Of a stretch of DNA of 46,151 nucleotides, positions 8,213 to 16,819 are shown piece by piece (position 1 is the stretch's first letter; the number at the start of each line of letters is the position of its first letter). The translations under genes were made by a program, and so were the position numbers. Below the pieces are notes generated by a model. That model did no database searches. It was not told the DNA's origin and saw only the letters and a program-made list of their open reading frames with translations. Source of the stretch: a virus (taxonomy: Duplodnaviria; Caudoviricetes); the IMG/VR virus record IMGVR_UViG_3300005538_000215, positions 1-46,151 of that record; one strand, given 5' to 3'.

Positions 8213-9873
8213 GCGCAAGGCTGATCCATGCCGATTGCCTAGACGCGCTGGCCACACTTGAGCCGGAAAGCATCCATGCGATCGTCACCGATCCGCCCTA
8301 CGGCCTCGGCTTCATGGGCCAGCATTGGGACAATTCCGTTCCGGGTGTGGATTACTGGCGCGCCTGCCTTCGCGTGCTGAAGCCCGGCGCTCACCTTCTC
8401 GCTTTCGCCGGAACCCGCACCTATCACCGCATGGCCTGCGCGATCGAAGACGCAGGATTCGAAATTCGCGACATGGTGACTTGGCACTACGGCAGCGGGT
8501 TTCCGAAATCGCATGATGTCAGCAAGGCGATTGATCGTCACAAGGGCTGCGAGCGCACGAAGGTTCGTATTCCGGCGTCGGAGCTAAAAAATCCCCCAAA
8601 CTTAGTTGGCGGCGCAAAAGGAAATGACGACCGGCCTTGGCGTCAATCTGCTATAGAACGCGGTTTTCACGAGGCCGTGTCAGACGAGGCCGTGTCATGG
8701 CGCGGCTGGGGAACGGCGCTAAAGCCCGCGTCCGAGCCAATCGTATTCGCACGCAAGCCCCTCTGCGGCACGGTTGCGGAAAACGTACTGCGCCACGGCA
8801 CGGGCGCTCTGAACATCGACGCTTGCCGTATCGGCTACACAAGCGAAAACGACAAAGCAGCAGCAGCAGCAGCAGCAGAGCAAAGATCGCGCCAGACCGA
8901 CCGCAATTTCGACGGTTGGGGTATGAATTCACAGGATTTGGCCGGCGATGCGTACATGAGCGGTTCGGCTGGCAAAGGCCGCTGGCCCGCCAACGTCTGC
9001 CACGATGGCAGCGAAGAAGTGCTGGTGGGGTTTCCCCAAACAGCGAGCGGAGAATTCCTGCCGCATCACCAAGCCAAAGGTGCCTCTAAAATTGGCACCT
9101 TTGATATCCGTGACCGCTCCGGAGAAGCACATCCAACGTACGGGGATAGCGGCTCCGCCGCGCGGTTCTTCTACTGCGCCAAAGCAACGACAGCCGATCG
9201 CGACGACGGGCTGATTGATCTGGAATTGCGCCGTCACGTTGCCTGGCAGACTGGCAACGGCGCGGCCGGAAAGCCATCAAGCCTTTCGGAGGGCCGCGAC
9301 ACCCAGCGCCGCAACACGCATCCCACGGTCAAGCCAACGGCATTGATGCAATGGCTTGTACGGCTGGTCACGCCGCCGGGCGGAATGGTGCTCGATCCCT
9401 TCATGGGCACGGGCTCGACCGGCCGCGCCTGTGTGCTCGAAGGATTCGATTTCATCGGCATAGAGCGTGAGGCGCATTACGTCGAGCTGGCGCGTCTGCG
9501 TATCGCGGCAGCGGAACGCAAAGCACCGTCACCAACAATCGCCGATCTATTCGCCAATTTGCTCGTACAGAATGCACCAAGCCTGTCTAACCGCGATCTA
9601 AGCGCGGATGGCAAGCCATGCCTGGAGGACGCTGCGAACGGCAATCCTCCCGTTGATGAGCCCCGATGTAACCCGTCCGGCGTAAGTCCCGCGGAGGAAT
9701 CGGACCAAGGCTGCGTAGGTGAGCGTTCGCGCCGGCGTACAGAGACGGAAACGGCGGAGGTGCAGGCTTTGGAAAAGCCAGAGCAATGCGCTTCCGCCGC
9801 TCCCATTAAGGTTGATGATTTCGAAATACCCGCATTCCTGCGGCGCGACCTCCCGCGTGCGGAGGTTGCATGA
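8209..9873 (+). CDS. Orphan DNA methyltransferase (N6-A/N4-C, beta class) with long C-terminal extension
   Basis: Catalytic DPPY precedes HPTVKP and SAM-binding DPFMGTGST; GTG start overlaps upstream stop. Confidence 0.95.
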   Translation: MSARLIHADCLDALATLEPESIHAIVTDPPYGLGFMGQHWDNSVPGVDYWRACLRVLKPGAHLLAFAGTRTYHRMACAIEDAGFEIRDMVTWHYGSGFPKSHDVSKAIDRHKGCERTKVRIPASELKNPPNLVGGAKGNDDRPWRQSAIERGFHEAVSDEAVSWRGWGTALKPASEPIVFARKPLCGTVAENVLRHGTGALNIDACRIGYTSENDKAAAAAAAEQRSRQTDRNFDGWGMNSQDLAGDAYMSGSAGKGRWPANVCHDGSEEVLVGFPQTASGEFLPHHQAKGASKIGTFDIRDRSGEAHPTYGDSGSAARFFYCAKATTADRDDGLIDLELRRHVAWQTGNGAAGKPSSLSEGRDTQRRNTHPTVKPTALMQWLVRLVTPPGGMVLDPFMGTGSTGRACVLEGFDFIGIEREAHYVELARLRIAAAERKAPSPTIADLFANLLVQNAPSLSNRDLSADGKPCLEDAANGNPPVDEPRCNPSGVSPAEESDQGCVGERSRRRTETETAEVQALEKPEQCASAAPIKVDDFEIPAFLRRDLPRAEVA

Positions 9874-10073
9874 GCCCGGGCGATGTCGTAAGGCAGAAGA
9901 GTACGCTCCAACCCATCATGGCAATTGTGCGCCGCTATGAAGGCATCAGCAACTTTGTATGCTGGACCTGCGCATGGACCAATGACAAAGGCGAGATTTG
10001 CCACCGTACATTCGTGGAATCGGCGCTTGAACCTTACGTTCCCGCCAAAAAACGGGAGCGCGAACCGGCATGA
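9870..10073 (+). CDS. DUF2158/YodC-like small protein
   Basis: PGDVVRQKS..PIMAI...CAW...GE....TFVESALE pattern; GGAGG RBS. Confidence 0.65.
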   Translation: MSPGDVVRQKSTLQPIMAIVRRYEGISNFVCWTCAWTNDKGEICHRTFVESALEPYVPAKKREREPA

Positions 10074-10198
10074 GCATCATTCACGCTCTTTTTCGGTTCT
10101 ACTTTTCCAATAACTGGGCCAGCGGCTGGTGTTGTGGACTCTACGCAGCCTATTTCGGCGGCAGGCTTCTTGACGTCATCTGGCCGAGACGCTCATGA
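10070..10198 (+). CDS. 42-aa hypothetical peptide
   Basis: Manual translation; ATGA overlaps at both ends; GGGAG RBS. Confidence 0.55.
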   Translation: MSIIHALFRFYFSNNWASGWCCGLYAAYFGGRLLDVIWPRRS

Positions 10199-11307
10199 GC
10201 ATCGACGTCCAGACCGTTATTCGCGAAACCTGCCTCTATCGTGGCGGGGAATTCGCGGTGCTGATGGCCATGGCCGACAGCGCTAATACAGGCGATGGGC
10301 GCGGCATCTATCCCGGCATCGATCTTCTCGCGGCAAACGCGCGCCAATCGATCCGCCAGTGTCAGGAGAACATCCGGACGCTCAGGAATGACGGCGTCGT
10401 GATCCTCGTCGACGAAGACGGCGAAGATTGCGCGCCGGATGTTCCAGCCGCCGGCGGTCGCGGCAAAAAGACGGAATATCGCATCGATCTGGAAAGGGTG
10501 TTGTCCCTTCATGGTTTGCATGTGGAGCAGGACGAGGCCTCCGGACGCAAATGCGAGTTCTGTCGCGCGCGCGAAAAGCGCCTCGCGAAAAGGGTGAAGT
10601 CTGGCGCACGAAAGGGTGCAGTTTCCGACAGAAAGGATGCAGTTTCGAACACAAAGGGTGCAGTTTCGGGTAGCGCATATATAGAACCCACTAACCCAAC
10701 TGAACCCATTGAACCAACGCAACGCGCGCGCGCGCAAGACGCCGCTGGCGCGGAAAGAAGAATGAAAACGGGTTTTGCCCGCTGGTTCGGCGAATATCGC
10801 CAGGCGCCCAACTTCAAGAAAACCTGGACGAAAGATTCCGCCCGCGCCGCATGGGAGCGGCTTGGCGACGACGATCCGCCTGATGCGCAACTGATCGAGG
10901 CCGCGCGCCGCTACGTGCGCTGGCTGAAAGATCAAAACGCCAAGCGCGCGAGCAACAACCCAGAACCGGTGCACCATCCGGCAACATGGCTCATGAAGCG
11001 GTGCTGGAAGGGATTTTTGGAGAACGAAACCGAGAAGCCGGATGGCGGCGAACACGCGGAAAAGCTCGCACGATTCCGGAAGGAATTTGGGGAATTTGCG
11101 GATCGCCTCGTCGCATCGCTGACCGCACCGTTCTGCGCCGAATGGCTTGCGCGCTGCGTGCTTTCAAGCCGCGCGCCGCCGAAGATCGAGGCGTCCACAC
11201 CGTTCATCCGCAACTGGCTCCAGATGAACGCAAGGCGGAAACTGGAACACATATTTGGCGAAGACCTCATCATTGAAGTGCAACAACAGGGCAAAGCCGC
11301 GGCGTAG
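10195..11307 (+). CDS. Replication initiator (lambda O analogue, N-terminal wHTH)
   Basis: VLMAMADSAN..GRGIYPGIDLLA...SIRQCQENIRTL wHTH; internal iterons; C-terminal HPATWL motif. Confidence 0.85.
   Translation: MSIDVQTVIRETCLYRGGEFAVLMAMADSANTGDGRGIYPGIDLLAANARQSIRQCQENIRTLRNDGVVILVDEDGEDCAPDVPAAGGRGKKTEYRIDLERVLSLHGLHVEQDEASGRKCEFCRAREKRLAKRVKSGARKGAVSDRKDAVSNTKGAVSGSAYIEPTNPTEPIEPTQRARAQDAAGAERRMKTGFARWFGEYRQAPNFKKTWTKDSARAAWERLGDDDPPDAQLIEAARRYVRWLKDQNAKRASNNPEPVHHPATWLMKRCWKGFLENETEKPDGGEHAEKLARFRKEFGEFADRLVASLTAPFCAEWLARCVLSSRAPPKIEASTPFIRNWLQMNARRKLEHIFGEDLIIEVQQQGKAAA
10589..10720 (+). repeat. Putative replication origin: iterons plus A/C-rich short repeats
   Basis: AAAGG(G/A)TGCAGTTTC at 10611, 10632 and 10653 (21-bp period), degenerate copy at 10589, followed by CATATATAG and AACC(C/A) repeats. 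Confidence 0.8.
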
Positions 11308-11562
11308 ATGAGCGATTGTTTCACAGAAACACGATGTGCAACAGCGCCGGATGTTTCACGAGAAACAGGATGTGCAACGCCATCGCGGCAAGTTCAGGCC
11401 GCCGGTCGTAGCCGCTACCGCAAGCACGCGAACGGGACGTGCTCAATGTGCATGGAGCGTCCGTACGTTTACGGCCGCCGCTGCCGCGAATGTGCAACGC
11501 TCTACATGCGCAACTGGCGCGCCAAAAAACACGAGGGGCAAAGTGGGCAAGAGAACCGGTAA
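11308..11562 (+). CDS. Small Cys-rich (CxxC...CxxC) protein
   Basis: CSMC...CREC, then YMRNWR; starts immediately after the initiator stop. Confidence 0.6.
   Translation: MSDCFTETRCATAPDVSRETGCATPSRQVQAAGRSRYRKHANGTCSMCMERPYVYGRRCRECATLYMRNWRAKKHEGQSGQENR
11352..11367. promoter_or_regulatory. parS-like palindrome
   Basis: TGTTTCACGAGAAACA is 15/16 to consensus TGTTTCACGTGAAACA; a copy lacking one base lies at 11317-11331. Confidence 0.6.
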
Positions 11563-12217
11563 GCCTAGAACCAAAGAAGCGGACCGTTATCCCCCGATCT
11601 GTCTGCCATCGCAGCGGTTCGGCGAGCATGGTTTTGTTGGTATCGGTGAGCGCAACCGTGTTTCCGATCTGCTGAAACGCGACAAGTTGGGCCACAAAGC
11701 GCCGGTCGGGCATGACGGCGACGCTCCTGAATCGATGGATGCGCGCGATTTTCCCGATGTCGATGTTGATGGGAAGCGTGAGCCTGTCAAAGGGCCGATG
11801 AACATCAATTGCGATAAGATCGAATATCTCTACGCGCACGGGCACATCGAACTTAGTCAGGCGGAAGCGGCACGCCGGTTGCACAAGGATTGGACGACGG
11901 CGATGATTTTGCCGATAGCCTCCAGCGTGCTCGTTGGAGCCGGTGGCGCGAACGAATTGCCGAACGACGCGAAAGCCGCGGCAATGAAGCGCCACGGCCT
12001 GGCAGTGGAAGTGCTTGGCGAAAACTGGTCGATCCTCGAACTCGTCGTGCAGCAGAACAAGTCTGTCGAACAGGCAGCATCCATGCTCCGCGTGAATCGC
12101 AAATTTGCGATGGGTTGCCTGTCGGCAGCGCTGTGGTCTCTCGCTGCACATTACAAGCGGGAGAAAATTGCACTTCAGGAATGGGAAAATTGTCGGCGGG
12201 TCAAAAATGCCGCTTGA
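11543..12217 (+). CDS. Putative late-gene regulator in Q position (DUF6456-like)
   Basis: GAGGGG RBS and GTG start; IEYLYAHGHI...QAEAARRL...C-terminal HTH ending LWSLAAHY; last early gene. Confidence 0.65.
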   Translation: MGKRTGKPRTKEADRYPPICLPSQRFGEHGFVGIGERNRVSDLLKRDKLGHKAPVGHDGDAPESMDARDFPDVDVDGKREPVKGPMNINCDKIEYLYAHGHIELSQAEAARRLHKDWTTAMILPIASSVLVGAGGANELPNDAKAAAMKRHGLAVEVLGENWSILELVVQQNKSVEQAASMLRVNRKFAMGCLSAALWSLAAHYKREKIALQEWENCRRVKNAA

Positions 12218-12243
12218 CAAGGGTACCGCTCGCGAGCATCAAA
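12214..12243 (+). promoter_or_regulatory. Candidate late promoter
   Basis: TTGACA at 12214-12219 directly after the regulator gene; -10 is degenerate (CATCAA). Confidence 0.4.
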
Positions 12244-12315
12244 AGCGTACGACTGATTTGCGCGTCTGAATCGCGCCGAATCGGCGAGCAAATCCCGGAA
12301 AACCCCAAGACTGCG

Positions 12316-12633
12316 ATGGCGCTGAAAACGATCGGCCCGCGCGTTCGCGCCCTCGAAATCCGCGCTGCCAAACCTCCGCCCAAGACGGCGGACCCACACT
12401 ACCTCACACCTGAGCATCAGGTGTGGGCCGAGGCAGTGAAGCGGCGCGCCGACTATGCCTGCCAGTGGCCCGGCTGCGGGCGTCGCGAGCGACGCATGTT
12501 CGCCGACCACATCGTCGAGAAGCGAGATGGTGGGGCGCTCTTCGACCTCAACAACGGCCAGTGCCTCTGCGGCAAGCACCACTCCATCAAGTCTGCCAAG
12601 GCGCGGTCAGGTAGGATGGGGATGGGGGTTTGA
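12316..12633 (+). CDS. HNH endonuclease (terminase-associated, HK97 gp74-like)
   Basis: CQWPGC...ADHIVEKRDGG...NGQCLCGKHH; directly upstream of terS. Confidence 0.92.
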   Translation: MALKTIGPRVRALEIRAAKPPPKTADPHYLTPEHQVWAEAVKRRADYACQWPGCGRRERRMFADHIVEKRDGGALFDLNNGQCLCGKHHSIKSAKARSGRMGMGV

Positions 12634-12700
12634 TTTCCCATCCGACCTTCGCGGCCAACCACGTTGGACCGCACGGAGAGATTTTTTTTGGCTAGGGAGC
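12614..12700. other. Candidate cos/packaging region
   Basis: G-rich run, inverted repeats and a T8 tract between HNH and terS, the usual cos location for this gene order; cut site not determinable. Confidence 0.4.
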
Positions 12701-12727
12701 GCCGGAGTTTTTGCCGGGTAATTACCC

Positions 12728-13291
12728 ATGGGACGACCGAGTTTCAGCCCGACACCCGAGCAGCGCGCGCAGGTCGCCGCGCTGTCCAAAGCCCGCGTGG
12801 CGGTTGAGGAAATCGCGCGCCGGCTCGATCTCGCGCCGAAGACTTTGCGCAAGCATTTCGCGGTCGAACTCGGCCTCGTTCAGGCAGAAACGGTAATTAC
12901 CCGGGAATTTACCCGCTTCGTCGCGACCGAAGAGCAGAAGGAAGTCGTCACCATCCTGGCGGGCGGCCGCTTCTCGCGTCCGGAAATCGCCCGCAAGATC
13001 GGCGTCAGTGTCGAGGTGCTGCAGGAGCATTTCGCGAAGCAGCTCGAGGACGGCCCGGTCAAATGCCGGTCCGATGCCGTACAGGCGATCTATCACGCGA
13101 TGCGCGGCGGCAACATGACGGCCGCCAAGCTGTGGCTGATCATCAGCTCGCAGGGCGACGACGACCAGCCGGGCGAACAGCCCGCGGCCGCGGGCCTCCG
13201 GGGCAAGAAGCAGCAGCAGGCCATCGCGGCGAAGACGGCCGAGGCCGGAACCGGCTGGGAGGATCTTGTCGCGCCCGGCAGGCCGAACTAG
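12728..13291 (+). CDS. terS: Terminase small subunit with two tandem HTH units
   Basis: Position before terL; repeats EEIARRLDLAPKTLRKHF and PEIARKIGVSVEVLQEHF; GNMTAAKLW and GKKQQQ motifs. Confidence 0.82.
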   Translation: MGRPSFSPTPEQRAQVAALSKARVAVEEIARRLDLAPKTLRKHFAVELGLVQAETVITREFTRFVATEEQKEVVTILAGGRFSRPEIARKIGVSVEVLQEHFAKQLEDGPVKCRSDAVQAIYHAMRGGNMTAAKLWLIISSQGDDDQPGEQPAAAGLRGKKQQQAIAAKTAEAGTGWEDLVAPGRPN

Positions 13292-13294
13292 CGC

Positions 13295-15028
13295 GTGCTG
13301 AATCTCGCCGTTCCCGATTGGGAAGCGCGCATCCGTGCCGGGCATTCGCTCTGCCCGCGGATCGACATCAACCCTCCGCTGCATGCCCGCGCGCGCAAGA
13401 TGTTCGGGATGCTCCGGCTTCCCGATGTTCCCGGTCATCCGACGCTCGAGGAATCCTGCGGCGACTGGTTCAAGGAGATCGTCGGCGCGTTTCTCGGCGC
13501 GATCGATCCGGACACGCTCGCTCGCGTCATCAGCGAGCTGTTCCTTCTCGCGCCGAAGAAGTCCTCAAAGACGACGTACGGCGCCGGCATGATGCTGACG
13601 GCGCTGCTGATGAACCAGCGGCCGTCCGGCGAATTCCTGTTCACCGGTCCGACGCATGACATTTCCGAACTCGCCTACAACGCCGCCGTCGGCATGGTCG
13701 ACGCGGACGACGAATGGCAGCGTGGAGAAAACGGGCAGGAGGGCTATCTCAAGAAGGTCCTGCACACGCGGGACCACCTGAAGACGATCGAGCACCGCCT
13801 CACCGGCGCGAAGCTCGCGATCAAGACGTTCGACATGGACGTCGCCACCGGCGTGAAGCCGGTCGGCGTTCTGGTCGACGAACTGCACATCATTGCCAAG
13901 AACAGAAACGCCATGCGCGTCCTCGGTCAGCTCCGCGGCGGGATGATTTCCAACCCGGAGGCCTTCTTCGCCATCATCACCACGCAGTCGGACGAGCCGC
14001 CGGTCGGCGCCATGGAGATCGAGCTTCGCAAGGCGCGGAACATCCGTGATGGCAAGACAGCCGGCGACACGCTCAGCATCCTGTACGAGTTTCCGGCCGA
14101 GTACGTGAAGCCCGTCCCGCCCGGCGTAACGCCGGTGTGGTTCGATTCCACACTCTGGCCGATGGTCACGCCCAATCTCGGCCGCTCTGTTACCATCCCC
14201 GTGCTCGAGCGCGAGTTCGACAAGGCGAGGCAGAAGGGCGAAGCGGAAATCCGCCGCTGGGCCAGCCAGCACCTAAACATCGAGATCGGGCTGGCGCTCC
14301 GGTCCGATGCCTGGGCCGGCGCGCAATACTGGGAATCCTGCGCGGACAAAACGCTCACGCTCGACAGCCTGATCGAACGCAGTGAAATCTGTACCGTCGG
14401 CGGCGACGGAGGGGGGCTTGACGATCTTCTCGGCATGGCCGTGATAGGCCGGGAGAAGGAAACCGGCCGGTGGCTCGTCTGGGCGCATGCCTGGGCCCAT
14501 GAAAGCGTGTTCGAGCGCCGCAAGGACATCGATTCCACGCTTAGAGGCTTCGCGGGCGACGGCGATCTCACCATTGTCGAGCGGTTGGGCGACGACGTCA
14601 TCCAGTTCGCCGACATCGTCGAGCGGCTGGAATCCGCTGGCCTGCTCGCCAACAGCGACAAGCATCCCTGTATCGGCGTCGACCAGGTCGGCATCGGCGA
14701 CATTGTTGAAGAACTGGTCGCAAGGGGCATCGCGCAGGAGCGCATCGGTGGCGTTCCCCAGGGCTGGAAGCTTTCCGGGGCGATCAAGAGCACCGAGCGC
14801 AAGCTCGCCGGAAAAGAAATTGTACACTGCGCCTCGCCGCTGATGGCCTGGTGCGTCGGCAACGCCAGGGTCGAACCCCGCGGCAACGCCATCACCATTA
14901 CCAAGCAGGCGGCAGGCTCGGCGAAAATCGACGCGCTGATGGCGCTCTTCGACGCCGCCGTCGTCATGGCGATGAACCCGGATTCCGGCCCGAGTGTGTA
15001 CGAAGAGCGGGATATGCTGGTGCTATGA
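13295..15028 (+). CDS. terL: Terminase large subunit
   Basis: Walker A variant PKKSSKTT, Walker B LVDELH, ITTQS, GGDGGGLDDL, KIDALMA. Confidence 0.97.
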   Translation: MLNLAVPDWEARIRAGHSLCPRIDINPPLHARARKMFGMLRLPDVPGHPTLEESCGDWFKEIVGAFLGAIDPDTLARVISELFLLAPKKSSKTTYGAGMMLTALLMNQRPSGEFLFTGPTHDISELAYNAAVGMVDADDEWQRGENGQEGYLKKVLHTRDHLKTIEHRLTGAKLAIKTFDMDVATGVKPVGVLVDELHIIAKNRNAMRVLGQLRGGMISNPEAFFAIITTQSDEPPVGAMEIELRKARNIRDGKTAGDTLSILYEFPAEYVKPVPPGVTPVWFDSTLWPMVTPNLGRSVTIPVLEREFDKARQKGEAEIRRWASQHLNIEIGLALRSDAWAGAQYWESCADKTLTLDSLIERSEICTVGGDGGGLDDLLGMAVIGREKETGRWLVWAHAWAHESVFERRKDIDSTLRGFAGDGDLTIVERLGDDVIQFADIVERLESAGLLANSDKHPCIGVDQVGIGDIVEELVARGIAQERIGGVPQGWKLSGAIKSTERKLAGKEIVHCASPLMAWCVGNARVEPRGNAITITKQAAGSAKIDALMALFDAAVVMAMNPDSGPSVYEERDMLVL

Positions 15029-15213
15029 AATTCCGTGCGCCGAAGCCTTCGTCCGATCTTTTGCTGGATTTCGCCGGAATTTTGGGCGCGCTGCTCGTCG
15101 TTGCCGGCGCCGCGCTGATCTACCCACCGTCCGCGTTCGTTGTGGCCGGCGCATTCCTTCTCATCGGAAGGATTTTGATTGCGCGCAACTCCGCGAGCAG
15201 CGACCGCGGCTGA
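15025..15213 (+). CDS. Small two-TM membrane protein between terL and portal
   Basis: ATGA overlap; two hydrophobic helices. Confidence 0.75.
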   Translation: MKFRAPKPSSDLLLDFAGILGALLVVAGAALIYPPSAFVVAGAFLLIGRILIARNSASSDRG

Positions 15214-15227
15214 AGAGGTACAGCCGC

Positions 15228-16574
15228 ATGGCCCTTTTCGAGCGCATGTTTTCGCGCGCAAGCGGCGGTGTTCCGAGTTACGGGATGATTCCGCCGCTCG
15301 GCAGCGTGCAGTCCGCCACGGGGTTGCTCGTCAGCCAGGCGACGGCGATGGGCGTTTCGACCGTCTTTGCCTGCGTGAACCGGCTCGCGACAGATCTGGC
15401 GCGCTGTCGCCCGTCGCTGTTTCGGCTGACCGATGACGGCAGCAAGGAACCTGTACTTGATCATCCGCTGCTGAAACTGTTTCAGCGGCCGAATGCGCAG
15501 CAGACCTGGTTCGAATTCGCCTATCAGACGTGGGCCGGCTTTCTGTTGCGCGGCAACGGTTATGCCGCCTGCAAAAGGGACGGCAAGGGCAACCCGGAGG
15601 AATTGATCCCGATCAATCCTGACGCCGTGATGGTGCTGGAAACTTCCGAAGGTTCGATCTTCTACAACGTCAATCGCATCGGCCTCTGGCAGATCGCGAT
15701 GCTGCGCGATTTTCCGACGGCGATCGCGCAGGAAGACATCCTTCACCTTCGGGGGCTGACGTTCAATTCCCTCGTGGGCGTGTCGACGATCGGCCTGGGG
15801 CGTGATGCGATCGGCCTTGCCATGGCGCTCGAACAGCAGGGCGCGCGCTGGCTGGCGAACGGAGCGCGACCTTCGACGTGGCTGTCCACGGACAGGCGCC
15901 TCAGCGACGCGACGGCCAAGCGGCTGAAGACGCAGTTCGACGATGTGCACGCCGGGATTCAAAACACCGGCAAGACCCTCGTTCTCGAAGAGGGCCTGAA
16001 ACCGAACATCCTGCAGCTGAATTCGGTCGATCTGCAATACGACGCCCAGCGCAAGCGTCAGGTCGAAGAGATATGCCGCTTCTATGGCGTACCGCCGCGG
16101 CTGATCGGCTACGCGGCCGACACGCGCGGTGCCAATGAAAGCCTCGCCGCGCAATCTCAGGAGTACGTCAACTCCGCGATCATGCAGCGCATCGTCCTGG
16201 CGGAAGAAAAACTGGCGCAGTATTTTGAACTCGACAAGGAAGGAATTTCTGTCGCCCTCGATGAAGGACAGCTTCTCCGAGCCGACGTGCTCACACGATA
16301 CCAGGCACTCCGCCTCGGCATCACCTCGAGCGTCATCACGCCGGATGAAGGGCGCCGCAGCGAAGGCCTGAAACCGAAGGGTGGTCAGGCCGACGAACTA
16401 CAATATCCGGCGAACAGCGCCGCAATGGGCAGCGACAAGACTGGTACAGCGCCGGACGGAGCGGGCCATCCGGAAAAGAACACGGTCGGCGATGGAGGAA
16501 TCGGGTCAGGCAACCGGCCAGAAGTCGCCGACGAAGAATCCGCCGAAGCCGAAAACGTACCGGCACAGAACTGA
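15228..16574 (+). CDS. HK97-family portal protein
   Basis: TVFACVNRLA, RPNAQQT, LLRGNGY, ILHLRG, EICRFYGVPP, ITPDEGR motifs. Confidence 0.96.
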   Translation: MALFERMFSRASGGVPSYGMIPPLGSVQSATGLLVSQATAMGVSTVFACVNRLATDLARCRPSLFRLTDDGSKEPVLDHPLLKLFQRPNAQQTWFEFAYQTWAGFLLRGNGYAACKRDGKGNPEELIPINPDAVMVLETSEGSIFYNVNRIGLWQIAMLRDFPTAIAQEDILHLRGLTFNSLVGVSTIGLGRDAIGLAMALEQQGARWLANGARPSTWLSTDRRLSDATAKRLKTQFDDVHAGIQNTGKTLVLEEGLKPNILQLNSVDLQYDAQRKRQVEEICRFYGVPPRLIGYAADTRGANESLAAQSQEYVNSAIMQRIVLAEEKLAQYFELDKEGISVALDEGQLLRADVLTRYQALRLGITSSVITPDEGRRSEGLKPKGGQADELQYPANSAAMGSDKTGTAPDGAGHPEKNTVGDGGIGSGNRPEVADEESAEAENVPAQN

Positions 16575-16582
16575 GGGCAACA

Positions 16583-16819
16583 ATGGCAAAGGTCAAAGTT
16601 TCACCGGAGATTCTGGCTGACGCCCTGTTCGGCTATACCGAACGGCCCGTGGAAGTGCTGGGAGCTCAATTCCTCGCGGGACTCGGTAATCCCGTGATTG
16701 AATTCGAAATAGTTGGCCCGGATGTTCCCGAAATCGACGAAGTGTCGGCGATCTGTAACGTACAGCAAAATCGTGCGGGCCAGCGGTTTGTGAAGATGCA
16801 CTTCGAGCCCGTAAAGTGA
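16583..16819 (+). CDS. Hypothetical protein
   Basis: GAGGG RBS; GTGA overlap with the protease gene. Confidence 0.7.
   Translation: MAKVKVSPEILADALFGYTERPVEVLGAQFLAGLGNPVIEFEIVGPDVPEIDEVSAICNVQQNRAGQRFVKMHFEPVK

Noticed and set aside
8857-8877. (GCA)7 tract in the methyltransferase as a phase-variation switch
   Set aside because: Trinucleotide slippage keeps the frame; it only alters a poly-Ala in a variable insert.
8209-12633. Methyltransferase plus HNH as a restriction-modification system
   Set aside because: The HNH is of the small terminase-associated type and is separated from the methyltransferase by the replication genes.
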